A stretch of DNA of 64,000 nt from Chrysomallon squamiferum (Eukaryota > Animalia > Mollusca): contig CM022670.1 in the NCBI GenBank assembly GCA_012295275.1, positions 29,512,001 through 29,576,000 of the forward strand, given 5' to 3'. Below the pieces are notes generated by a model. The model did not search any database. It had not been told where the DNA came from and saw nothing but the letters and a program-made list of their open reading frames with translations. This document shows, piece after piece, positions 41,701 through 53,969 of this stretch. Both the position numbers and the translations under genes were made by a program. Numbering within the stretch: position 1 is the stretch's first letter; each line of letters starts with the position of its first letter.

Positions 41701-44700
41701 TACAACAAGAAATAACTCTGATTGACAGAGAATCTTCTAGAAGACGAAAATCAGCATCAGCAGTGAATGTTATTGCTGAAAACAAATTGAAGCAGGTTAA
41801 ACTTGACAAATTCACCATCTCTGGTTCAGGAGAATTGCCTCCCTCAGCTAAAGGAAAAAGTAAATCCAAGTCTGGCATTGAAAAAAATGCATGCCAGATA
41901 CGATTAACTAGAACGTCCTTAGAATCTCAATCTGATTCTAATTCAGTTGCTGTAGCAGTCAAAGATTTAGGGTCATCTAAGAAAACAAATAGGAAACGAC
42001 TTGGTCAAGAAAACAGTCAGGCAAGTATATATCAGTTTAGCATGATACTGTTATTACATGTGTGTGTGTGTATGCATACATAGGCACACTCGCACACACA
42101 GGTTATTTTGCTTCTGCTTATGACAGAGAGAAATAAATAAAATAGTTTCTATAACTTCTTATCTGAATTACAATGATTATTTCTTATATGTTTGTGGGCT
42201 TAGACTATATGTAAATGTATTTTTTTATATATCTTAAAGTTAATTGTTTACAAAACCTATTTTCCACAAAATGCTTCATTATTATTTTTTGTTAATGTAC
42301 TGTTTTTTTCAGGAAGACGTATCTACACCAAGAAAGATTGCTAAGTCATTAGCAAGAGAAACAAGGTCAACACGGACTGCTACTCAGAATACAGGATCAA
42401 CATCATTAAGATATAAATCGCTAACTTGTAAACCTAAAATTATGTTCACAGGTGTTGTTGATGAACAAGGAGAAAAGGTGAAAATATAAAATTATGAAAA
42501 TATCTGTATAACGTTTGCAGTGATGGTAACAAAATATATACTACTACTATTACGACTACGACTACTACTACTACTACTACTAATAATAAATTTACCCATC
42601 TGTAACCAACAAAAGATACTGAAGAAAACTGGAGAATTCTAAGCAACTGTGTTCATATATGATCATTAAGAATAGATGTAACATAACATCAGATACACCA
42701 ATTAAATATATATATTAGAAGGTCTAAATCTGTCTAATCATTCTGTATTTTTTTATATAATTTTTTGCAGGTAGTTCATGAGCTTGGTGGAGAATTGGCA
42801 GCAACTATTTTAGATTGCACTCATCTGGTCACTGATAAGGTTAGATAAATGGTCTTAGCGGTTTTACTGGGGTTTTGGGAATTGCTTTTTTTTAATTAAT
42901 ATATTTCTTCTTTATTTTTTTTTATAGTTATTATAACAGTACAAGATAAACTGAGAACATTTTCATTATATTAAAAACAATTTAGCTTTGAGGACTTTTA
43001 TAATTTTATTGCTTCAGAATTGGTTGCCTTGGGTCACATAATTATTCATTTCAACCAAAATAAAGTTTGTGACCTTGTAAAATGTCATTTATAAAGATAT
43101 TTCAGAGACTGTTAATGATGAAGAGTAAAGTGACTGTGTTTATAATTTTTATAAACTAAGTTTTATTAATGCCAATGTTATTTAATTCCATTTCACTATT
43201 TCTAATTCAGGTGAGAAGAACTGTGAAATTTCTAGGTTGCCTTGCCCGAGGTCTGCCCATTGTCAGTCCACAGTGGCTGCAGAGTTGTAAAGATGCAGGG
43301 ACATTTATTGGTGAGTATATATTGATACATCTGAATATCCAGTTTCATTTAAATATTTGGGGGTTTTTTCTTTTCTTTTTTCTATTTATAAACATATAAA
43401 CATTCTTCGTTTTTTTTTTTTAATTTTTTAAATGAATAATGACTTTTTAAATTTTTTTATAAAAAATGTGTATATAGCAACATGTCTTTATGAGCTATTT
43501 GTATTTTCAAATTGTGTAATTTGTATTTGGACTTTTGGATTGTTAATTTATATGAAATATATGAAAAAGTAAATAACGCAGATAAATGGATTCTTTTTCT
43601 TTTATTCTTTCTATGTACAGAGTACTCAACATATTTGATTTCTGACAATGCTGCTGAACAGCAGTACAAATTTTCTTTGAAAAGATCAATAGAAAATGCT
43701 TCTAACAAGCAGATGCTGAAAGACTATAGGATTCATGTGACAAAGTCTGTGAGACCAGATCCAACTCAGATGAAAGGTGAGAGGATTATTTAATCATCTT
43801 TTTTATGACTAAGTTTATTTGTATGTTTATTACTATTATCAGCATGTTTGACCGTAGTTTAGATTTGTAATACTGCCATTCATATCCACTCTTGACTGTA
43901 GTTGAGACATCACATAAACATAACTATTGGCATTCACTGGAGTTATGTATCTTGATTCTGAAAGTACTAGAATATAAGAGAGAATGAATCAAATAAAATG
44001 CTCTTTGTCTGATAATAAACTGTTTTTCTTCATAAAATAGTTTTTAAAAGATTGTCTGAATAACTACATTGCTGGTCTGATTGGTCAAAGCTTATAAACA
44101 ATGAGCATGATACTAGCATTCTGACCAAATTGCTTCAAGTTATTTACTGAAAATATAAAAAGATAACAATTTTTCAAAATGTTTTTCACCAACAAGAATG
44201 TTTTTGAAGAAATTTTAATACTAATTCTTATTATTCAAAAATATTACTTACATCTTTTCAGAAATTCTACAGTGTACCGGGGCAAAGGTATGAAATTGTA
44301 AATGAGTAATATTGAGTGAAACCCACAGACTACATTTAGAAAAATTATCATGGAAATGTAGTATCTTTTATATATTCTGTTGTAATGTTACCATTAATAT
44401 GTTTCCAAATCTGAAATTAAAAGTATTTTTTTTCTTTCTTCTGGTGTTTCATTGTGAAAAGAATGAAATATTAGTCTCAATAGAAATAATATCAGTATAA
44501 TACAATATATTTTTATTGTTTCAGTCTTGAAATGTGAAAAATAGACTTTGATAGATTTTATCTGAAATAAAATCTATGCTTTGAGAAGTTTAAAATGGAG
44601 ATTATAGAAATGTACAGACTTCTTCTTTTTCTTTCAGTACCTTGCTGCACTCCCAAAGAAAGAGCAGGAGATGGTAATTGTGATTTCATGTGAAGATGAT

Positions 44701-45324
44701 AAAGCAGCTTGTAAACCTGCTTTGAAAGCTGGGATTCCCATTGTCTCAGCAGAGTTTATTCTTACCGGCATCCTCAGACAGGAGCTTGATATTAAAAAAT
44801 ATCCTTTTATACTGATTTTATAATTATACTTTGTGCATTTTGTTTCCTTCTTTTATAACAGCTTTTCAGATTTGTGAAAAATTTCCAAAGCTTTTTAAAA
44901 ATGGTTGTTATAATATTTATCAAAGGCCTATCAAAATTAAATATTTTACTGTGAATAAATAGCCTGATTGAGATGGATTGTCACTGATTTTCTGGTTTTA
45001 TTACATACAGTCACACAATCCAAAAAATATATGTTAAATATAAAGAATACAATGGAACATTTTCCAATATAATATGCAAATTTAAATCTGTATAAATAAA
45101 AAAGAATTATATTTGGTAGACAATTTAAATTTTAACCTGTTTTGTTTTATATATATATATATATATTATTGTTGTTGCTTGTGAGGGTTTTTCCCAAACA
45201 TACATTTCTATTGTCATGTTTTATTATTTTTCAGTATTTTATCTTAACTCATATTACTCATAAATTATTTGCTGATGCCTGTTTGGATCATGAGGGACCA
45301 AGACCAAAAAGAAGAAAAAGATAA
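32726..45324 (+). CDS. MDC1: Mediator of DNA damage checkpoint protein 1 (FHA, long disordered region, tandem BRCT), about 1597 aa
   Basis: 21 phase-consistent exons: 32726-32818, 33049-33112, 33757-33809, 34241-34333, 34530-34622, 35219-35392, 35752-35836, 36159-36218, 36557-36634, 36958-37047, 37385-37491, 38165-40070, 40501-40571, 40938-42020, 42313-42477, 42771-42839, 43211-43310, 43621-43776, 44262-44287, 44638-44798, 45258-45324. N-terminus MDLDQTQAI (cf. human MEDTQAI); FHA GDNVIGR...ALSKQHACIEI; BRCTs PKIMFTGVVD...THLVTDKVRRTVKFL...RPDPTQMKEILQCTG...EFILTGILRQE. Exons in the disordered region are less certain. Confidence 0.92.
38572..38880 (+). repeat. Coding 27/30-bp tandem repeat (GNEDATQIV), about 11 units, within MDC1
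   Basis: Repeated GGTAATGAAGATGCYACTCAAATTGTT units in the large exon; 8 units retain TQ. Confidence 0.95.
42021..42312 (+). other. GC-AG intron in MDC1
   Basis: CAG|GCAAGT is a phase-0 donor matching the acceptor at 42312. The neighbouring GT at 42025 gives the wrong phase. Confidence 0.75.
44799..45257 (+). other. U12-type AT-AC intron (last intron of MDC1)
   Basis: 5' site ATATCCTTT at 44799, branch-like ATCTTAAC at 45241-45248, and 3' end TAC at 45257. Joins in frame to NHKLFADACLDHEGPRPKRRKR*. Confidence 0.88.
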
Positions 45325-46532
45325 TCACAAGTTTTTTAATTTTAGACTGAAATATAAATGCGCAGATCTATTTCACTGTTAAAAAAATGCCTAATTATTA
45401 AAAGAAAATATATATATATGAAATCTGATCTTTTAGTGAAGTGAAATCAGTATAAATAATTGTTTTTTTATATATTACCTTTGGGGACTTTTATTCCTGA
45501 TTTTTTTAGTCTCATTTTTCATTATGTAGATGATCTCCAAAACATTTAACAGAAAATATATGTAACTTTGTCTCCTCGCTAAGCAGGAATTTCTGAGTTT
45601 TGACAAATTTTTATATATTTCAAAATAGAAAATTTATATAAGATTCACATATTTTTGTTAGAACTTTTTATATGAATTCATGGTGTAAAGAATGTTACAT
45701 TTTATAAGATATCATTATACTTAACCATTAGGTTTCCAAACAGTGTTAAATAAAATAAAATATGTACTATTCATTTTAAAATGAAGCTATTCAACATGAT
45801 TTCTTTCAGTATCTAGAATTGTTTTCTTTCTTTTTTTTTTTTTTTTTGAGTAATGGAATATTTTAATAGGACAGTCATTAAGACTGATTTTTATGTATAA
45901 AAACTATTATTGTTTTGGGGTTTTTTCTCTGTGAAACTGATAATAATATTTCATGTCTTTCATAAATGTTCAGATCATTGCATAGTGAATAAAATAAATT
46001 TCAAAAGTATAACATTATTTAATTTTGTTTTGTTGTTTTAGCTGTAAGTTGGCCAGCTTCTAATCTAAAATGATATGGTATTTTATACATAGTTAATTAC
46101 CAAATGATGACAAAGGAAATTCATTGCTCCCTTCTGAAGAATTTTTTGCTGAAGGTATCTTTTATGTGCAGAATTCAATTGGCATATAATCTGTGAGAAT
46201 AAAACAGTCATAAATGATAGACAGCAAATTAAAGAATTGAGGAATTTTTATTCATGACCTATCATTAATTTGTGTAATAGATAACAATAGAAACTCAAAG
46301 CACACTTGTTAGTACAGTCATTCATATGTGAAAAATACATCAATATTTATTTTATTTTATATAAAAGATGTATAACTTCCTATTTAAAAATGGACTGAAA
46401 TCCAAAGAAATGTATTCTAAACCATGCACATATTAAGCACAAACTAGATAAAGTACTGAATAATTAATAGACAAAAAAATACATTTTGACCAAATTCAAT
46501 TACTCAAGAATGTATTTTCTACAAGCATTGTG

Positions 46533-46630
46533 TAATGCTCTTGACAAAAAAGAAAATATTCTGAAGTTTAAATAGTGTTTTAATGCTCTTGACAGAAAAC
46601 AAAATATATATTCAAAAGTTTAAATAGTGT
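46533..46630. repeat. Imperfect tandem duplication of about 48-50 bp
   Basis: TAATGCTCTTGACA...AAGTTTAAATAGTGT occurs twice, at 46533 and 46581. Confidence 0.8.
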
Positions 46631-47189
46631 CACTAAATATGTATATAACAGACCAAAACTACATGCAAATATGAACTTAAAATTAAATCACAGAACAAAA
46701 TATTTTTATTGGAATTTATTAACAAATATTCAAGTTGTTTATAGAAAGAGTAGTAAAATAATGTATCCACTAAATAAAAATTAAATTTAAATATCCATCA
46801 AATAAAATAATTGCTGTTTTCACAAAGTAAGCTGTAACGTAAAATACCAAATTTATGAATAATCAGCATCAGAAATCAAAACTATTACATTCAAAATCGA
46901 TCAGGAATTATAAAGTTTTTTTTTTTTTTTTTTTTTTTTTTATAGATGTTTTCATTTCAGTTTATTTTTATTTCCACTATTGTTTTGTTATAAAGCCCAC
47001 AGAGATATCAACATAATATTTATTTTTATATTTTGCTGATTATTTTTTAAAACATTTATTTATTATTATTAATTTTAATTTATAACAGTTTTAGGTGTGA
47101 AATGTGGACTTTGTGATCACGATTACGTTCTCGTTGTGCATGGACATTAAACATTTATTTTGGTAGAAACTACAATCAAAGAAGAAATA

Positions 47190-49470
47190 ATGGCGGGAGA
47201 AGTGGAAACTTTAACAAAAACAACTAATGGAGATGTCGGCAAGGGGGTAAATGATGAAACTAATCAAATTGCTGGTTCTGACAAACTGATTAAGCTTCCA
47301 CTTTCAAGGATCAAACATATAATCAAAAGTGATCCAGATGTGACACTTGCAAGTCACGAAGCAGTTGTTACTCTAGCGAAAGCTGCTGTGAGCATTTTTT
47401 GTAGTTGTTTTGGTTTTTAAAGGAAATGAAATAATAAATAACCACAAATAATCTGATAATGCCAGATATATATGAAATAAATAAATAATAAAAATTAATA
47501 AAAAAATATATTTAAAATTCTTAGTTTCTACTTTTTAAAAATGTTTCTAAAAAGGAGTAATAATAAATTATTATATTTATGTTATTTCGTACACCCAGTA
47601 CTTTATTCAGATTATACTTTAAGTTTAAAGGTATTTGAAATTTCATGGGTTAGGAGATCAGACGATATTAATTGATGCTCTGTGGATGTGTTAGAGTTGA
47701 TAAAGAATGATCCGCACACCTTAACCGTTAACCAGTGCTAACAACAACAAAAAAAAAATAAAATAAAAAAAATTAATGTGATACACTCAGTGATGATTAA
47801 TATTAGTAGTAACTGGTATGATGATTTTTTAAAATGTTATTTCTAATTATTATTTTCAGGAACTTTTTATACAGATCCTGTCAAAAGATGCAGTTTCAAA
47901 ATCGATTACAGGCAAAAGAAAAACTATACAACGAAGAGACCTTGGTAAAATTTTGAATTTTGAAATACAGTTGTACCTTGACTTACAAGTTTAAATTGTT
48001 CCATGACCGAGCTCGTATCTCAATTTGCTCATATATCAAATCAATTTTACCAAATGAAATTAAATGAAATAACATTAATCCGTTCCAGCCCCCCAAAACC
48101 ACCCCAATTTTTTGTAATGTATTTTTAAATAAAAAGAAATGTATGTATAAAAACAAAATAAAAGAGAATGTAAAGAAATAAATGGGATTTGTAAAGTGTA
48201 CAGGGTTAGGGTTTCTCCATCTTTTCGTGGACAGAGGTCCACAGCATAGATATTATTTTAATGCCCTTGGCTGGAGTTACAGCCTTTATCGACTTGTACT
48301 GCTTCAGTATGGTACATATCGTAAAAAATAGTACCCTCATACTGCCTGGCCAACTTGACTACACACACCTCACTCATGTTTTTCTATGATTTCATTCTTT
48401 AATTCAATGGACATCATCCACTTCTTCGTCTCAGCACTATCCTTTGCATTCACTTTCTTAGTATCAGTGAAAATTTGGCAAAATACTGCACATCACAACA
48501 GAGATGCTTCCATGGCAAGATAACCATGTGAAGGAAACGAGTAAGATGTGAGGTGCTGAGTGGATGTTGTGTTGTTTGTTGCACCAACTAGCAGCAGGGT
48601 TTCTGAAGCTCACTTGTAACTTGGATTTTGGCTCGCAATTCAAAGCAAAAAATCAACTGGGCAACTGCTCATAACTTGAAAAACTCATAAGTTGGAGCAC
48701 TCGTAACTCAAGGTACCACTGTACATTTAATATTTGCACATTTATTAATATTAATACCAATGAACTATTATATATATGATCATTGTTAATAATAAGTATA
48801 CTGAATATTTCTCTTCTCATGTTTCGCTGGTTAAATATAAGCTGAAATATAGTACTGATGGTAATAATGTATACAGTAAAATTTATTTTCAGATATACTA
48901 GAAACATTTCTTAATTTTTTATAAAACTACATGATCAAAACCAGAATCTGAAATAAATTTGTTGTTGAATTTCAATATTTATTGAGCAAATGTATTGAAG
49001 TTGCATGATTTATTATTTTTTGTTTTTCTGTTTCAGATATTGTCTTAGATACTAGGGATTGCTATGCTTTTCTTGAAGGTAACAAGTATTTATTTTCAGA
49101 CTAAAAAAAACATTTTTTTCTTCTTTTCTTCAAAATATTTTCTTGAGGTTAGATAGGAATAATGTTAATGAAAAACCAAGTTTGTTTCATTTGTGTTTAG
49201 AGATTTTGCTTAGAGAAATTGTTCTTCATTTTTGTTTTTCATAAACTACACAAATGAAAAGTTATTATATAAAATTTAAAGAGTACTGAAGAAAAATACA
49301 GAAACTTTTTTTTTCATTTTCTGTATTTGTAGAGTTCATTTATATGTATATATGGGGGGGGGGGCCTATGAATAATTATAATTTGATATATTAATGTTTA
49401 ATTCACTATGCCCTGATTCATTAGAACTAATTTATTTTCTTTTGTCTCCCTAGGAACACTTGACACCTGA
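47190..49470 (+). CDS. POLE4: DNA polymerase epsilon subunit 4 (histone fold), 113 aa
   Basis: Exons 47190-47387, 47860-47944, 49037-49078 and 49454-49470 (342 nt). KLPLSRIKHIIKSDPDVTLASHEAVVTLAKAAELFIQILSKDA...GKRKTIQRRDLD...YAFLEGTLDT matches POLE4, including the AFLEGTLD end. Confidence 0.94.
47968..48721 (-). mobile_element. Non-autonomous Tigger/pogo-type DNA transposon, 754 bp, in POLE4 intron 2
   Basis: TA|CAGTTGTACCTTGACTTAC ... GTAACTCAAGGTACCACTG|TA: TIRs with TA target duplication. A decayed transposase N-terminus (KKVNAKDSAE..MMSIELKNEIIEKH) lies on the minus strand. Confidence 0.92.
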
Positions 49471-49830
49471 ATGAAAATATGCCAAGTAAAGCAACTTAAG
49501 CGATTTCATAAATACCATCATTTAAAAAAAAAAAAAAAAAAAAAAAAGGTCTACTGACATATTGACAAAGTATCTCAGCCATATATAATTCATGAATTTG
49601 GTCACACACTCACACACTAACAGATTACTGTTTATCAAATTTCAGGAAATTTAAAAAACCTAAGACAATCAAATCTGGGTATTTTATTTATCAGTTCATT
49701 TTAAAAACATTAAATATTTACTACAGTCCAATTTCAAAAGAAGGAATGTTACCAGAAGAAACCTTATTGTACACAGTATAATATATTAAAAACATAATTT
49801 TTTTTTTTTTAAATTGGAAAATAACATCAT

Positions 49831-52740
49831 TCATTTGTATTGAGCTGATGTTGATGGGTTTTTTAGACCTGTAGAAAGTGCATTTCCTGATGTATGAAGT
49901 AACATTCTGCTCTGCAAAGTATTGATGGTTTGTTTCAGTAAACAAATCTCTTGTTCATACTCAGACTTCATATGTTGCAGTTTCTGAATGAAATAAAAAA
50001 AAATTAAAATAAAATTATATCTCACAAATTCTTTTACCATCAGTGTCCAAAAAGATAAGATTTGTAATATTTGCTTTGTACATGTAGAATAATTCTTGTT
50101 AATACCAGTGAAACATCTCATTTCAATATCATGAACATCAGAAGTTTTCTAGATACCTTCATCCTGTTCTGTGAAAGAATATACTTTTGAGAAATAAAGT
50201 CTTTTGATCAGATAGAGCATTCTTCTGTTGTGTATTTGGATATATATATATATACACACATATCTGCATTCTTTGGTTATAAATTTGGTAAATAGTAAAA
50301 TCTTTAATCCAGTAAGCTAATATGAAGCAAAATGACCAATATTTAAGTAACCTGACCAATCTATTGTTTCATAGATGTCTGTCAACAATTTTTTTCTAAA
50401 AATATGTTTCTTTGATTTTACTGCCTTTTTGAATGACCTAATTGGGGTTTTTTTTGTGTTTTTTTAATTGGTGTAAATGACTTTTTTTGACATTTTGTGA
50501 GTCCTGACCTTCCAAGTAGCACAGACATGAACTGACTTTATACTATAAAGCATTTGTGGTGACATTTATATACCAAAGATTCTACAAATTTAATTGTGAC
50601 AAATTTTTATTCAAGTAATTAAAAATATAACTTGCCCAGTTAACAAAAATAGTTAAAACTTGTGAATGAAGTATAAAGCGCTGTAAATAAATGTTATTTC
50701 ACATTTAGTTTAGAACAACTTAACTGAAGGACAGCAAGTATTTACATTCCAAATTTCACTTGTCAGTTAAGTTGGTAAATAATGCCCATAGAAACGATAA
50801 ATATTTTAGTCTACTGTTTTAATATAAACAATGAACTGGGAAACTGTACATCATAGTGCAAAGAAAAGAATTATGAAGTAATGAAAATTATATAATTTAA
50901 ATAAAACAATGCAATCTTTAATACAACTGTAATATAAATATTTAAATTTATAAAGCACACCTTTCGAAATATTTCACTGTTTGCATTCTGTTGTGTCTGA
51001 GCTTTCCTTTGCTGTAGCTGAACCAGTTTGTTTTCATACTGAAGAAAAAAATTAGAACATGTTTATGTTTGAAATGTGCTTATAATCAAGTTTATATACC
51101 TACAAATGAATGTATTAATAGATATAAAGTATGGAAAAATAACAAGACTGTTTTATGACGTTTTGTTCATAGGAATGTTAAAAACAGAACATAGTAACTT
51201 AACAGTAATTAGTTCAGTCCATCATGTTTTATTTATGTTCACGCTGCCAATGGATATGTGGATAAATTTAAAGCTCAAAATGAAGACTCCAGTTTTGTTT
51301 CCTATATCTAACAAAAATTCTGAAGTATTCAACATAGGTATCCTTTTAATTATCACGTATTGTGACATTGACCAAATGGTATTATAATTCATATAAACTC
51401 TTATTTCTGTCAGAGGAAATATAAGTGCCAATTTTTTAATTATTTTTTTAGTGATTTTAATTTTTTAAAAATAATTTTAAAAGATAAGTAAATATTTCTC
51501 TATTCTGAATTAAAGTAACTGCAAAAAAAAAGAATAAAAAAATATTTGTATTTATTTATTTTCTTACAGTCATTGATAATTTAGTCAGTTCAGATTCTTT
51601 AAGCTTCTCATTTTCAGTTATTTTGTTTTGTAATTCCGATATATATTTTTCCTTATCTGCAAGTTGTTTTTCCATAAGATGTTTTTCAAATTCATCTGAA
51701 AATAAAAATAAAAATAATTTGATGCCTTCAGAAATATATTTTGAAAACATTTATTTATATATATATTTTTTAAAAGCTTCATGTTCAATTTTATTTTTAA
51801 TTTTGTAAAAAATAACAATACTGTCCAGATACATTTTAAAATTATTAGGATGTAAACTGCAAGTACTGATGATATTAATTTGTTCAGTACATTTCCATAG
51901 TAATGATTTTGTACATTATATAACCTAGTCTTGAAAATGTGTGGTTCTACGTAAAAGTAATTATTATTTAGACAAGATATTTGGATTTTATATATTTTAA
52001 CATTAAAATGTAGAATCTAAATGTAGTTTAAAAAAAAGTCTATAGAATAAAACAATTAGCCAACATTCAGTTTTCATTTTTTCATTCATTCTTTCATAAT
52101 CTTCTTCTAAAGTTCTTTTCAGTTCTTCTTGTTCTTTTTTGTGGTTACAGTCAACATCTTGGAGTTTCTAGAAATAAGTATCAGAATCAGTGTTTGAAAT
52201 CCTAACTTGATCAAAAAAATAATTTTTGAATAAAAGAGGATGCATAGGAAATGTGGTGTTTTTTTCACCTCTACCAGTAAACTGACCAATACATATGACT
52301 TTAGATAAATCACTCCATGATTGTTATGATTCTGAAGTTCTAGAAATACATTTTGAAGCTGATTTTCAGTTATAACATAATGTTTAAAATTAAGAATCTG
52401 AACAATAAATAAATTTAAAAATCAAAATTCTTTTCTCTTATCTATTTTACACATCAGTTTTATTACGCATAAATCAGAAGTTATAAAAATTTGGAACTGC
52501 ACATGGACCTTATAATGACTTTTTGAATGTTTGTATACATGTGTTTTTTATATATGTGTGTGTGTGTGTGTGCACATATTTTTCTTAAAAATTACTTACT
52601 CTATTCAGCATTTCTATATCTGTTTCTTTTGTTTTCATATCCAATTTAAGAATTTGATATTGATCTATAAAAATAAACATATTTGTTTCTTTAAATTACA
52701 CTTTCTAGGTTTTTGTCTATCTTGAGTAAATAATTTACAA

Positions 52741-52806
<66 letters not shown>

Positions 52807-53749
52807 AATAAATGAAATAGTTTTTGAATTCAAATATTTGATGTAAAAAAAAGTTTTATTTTTGATATACATATATATATATATTATTATTATTATTTTA
52901 TTTTATTTTTTGTGAATTCATTTATGTTTTAAAAATAAACAATGTTTAATTATTGTGAACATATTACCTTCCAAATTTGCCAGTTTGTTAACCATTTCAT
53001 GGAACTTGTCTACCATCTTGTGCAGCATTTTTATTTCTGCAATTTTTAACACTATTTAAATCTAACCATTTAAAAAAAAAAAAAAAAAAAAAATTATAAT
53101 AAATATTAAATTAATTTTTAAAGGAGCATACGAATCAGATCATAAATCTGAAAATCATTTAATCATTTAATGTACTTCAACTACTAAACGAAATTTTACC
53201 TTAAAAGTAACTAAAATTGGCAAAATATTTTCATTAAATAACAGTGGTGACCTTTCCAAATGAGAAACTTAATTCTTTGTCAAATGTACATTAACATATA
53301 TCAGTACTGATATTTATAAACACACAGACATTACCATTCTGGAGTTTTTCATTTGATTTTAATAATAATTCTTTTTCTGTTCTTTCTTGTTTTAAATCAT
53401 TGACAAGAATTGACTTTTCTTTGGCTAGTACTTGATATTTCTGAAACGAGGTAAAATGATTTGTTAAAATAATATTTAACAAATTAATTAGCTGTCAGAT
53501 ATAAACTTTATTTTATGTCATCATTACGATTACCACGTAATATTATTACTGTATCAGTCATGTAATGGTTTCTTTTTAGAATTTTAAGGGATTTAAGGGT
53601 TTAATCCGTTTCTCAGATAAAAATTCATAACTGAATAACAGAAAATTCAGTTTGTTAACAAATTTATATGATACATTGTTCCAGTTATCAAATGCTTCAA
53701 CAAGATGTTCTGGGTTTCTGGATTCATTCGTTTTTAGCGGGATTGACAT
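49831..53749 (-). CDS. CCDC152: Coiled-coil domain protein, CCDC152-like, 258 aa
   Basis: Exons complement(53675-53749, 53335-53440, 52968-53036, 52600-52664, 52065-52167, 51568-51695, 50961-51038, 49831-49983) = 777 nt, phase-consistent. The C-terminal ESELTKLSMTYENKLVQLQ...SEIFRKKLQHMKSEYEQEICLLKQTINTLQSR resembles the recalled CCDC152 C-terminus. The donor at 52065 is weak. Confidence 0.78.
52741..52812. repeat. (AAT)n/(AAAT)n microsatellite
   Basis: Run in a CCDC152-like intron. Confidence 0.95.
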
Positions 53750-53969
53750 TTTATTTGTTTCAAAATATCGTCTGTTAGTAAAAACAAGGGGAGATTACTT
53801 CGATTTATTATTTATGGATTCTTTAATATGGAGAAAATATATTAATGAAGTTTATAAATTACCAAAGTTCATTTGCGAAAACTTTGCTACTTCAGATGTA
53901 TTGTTTACATGTTTATTTTATTTATTATTATTTTTTTTTTTAGAATGTCAACAGTAATCATATAATGAC

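Noticed and set aside
38210-42083. The 625-aa and 395-aa ORFs as standalone genes
   Set aside because: They are bounded by splice sites and phase-linked between the FHA and BRCT exons, so they are internal MDC1 exons.
32726-45324. PTIP/PAXIP1 or NBS1 identity for the FHA/BRCT gene
   Set aside because: An N-terminal TQ plus FHA, TQxF motifs and a single C-terminal BRCT pair fit MDC1. PTIP lacks an FHA, and NBS1 has its BRCTs directly after the FHA.
47190-49470. CHRAC1 or NF-YC identity for the histone-fold gene
   Set aside because: DPDVTLAS..A and the AFLEGTLD terminus fit POLE4.
49523-49547. Poly(A) tail of a retrocopy
   Set aside because: POLE4 retains its introns, no target duplication is seen, and A/T runs are common throughout the window.
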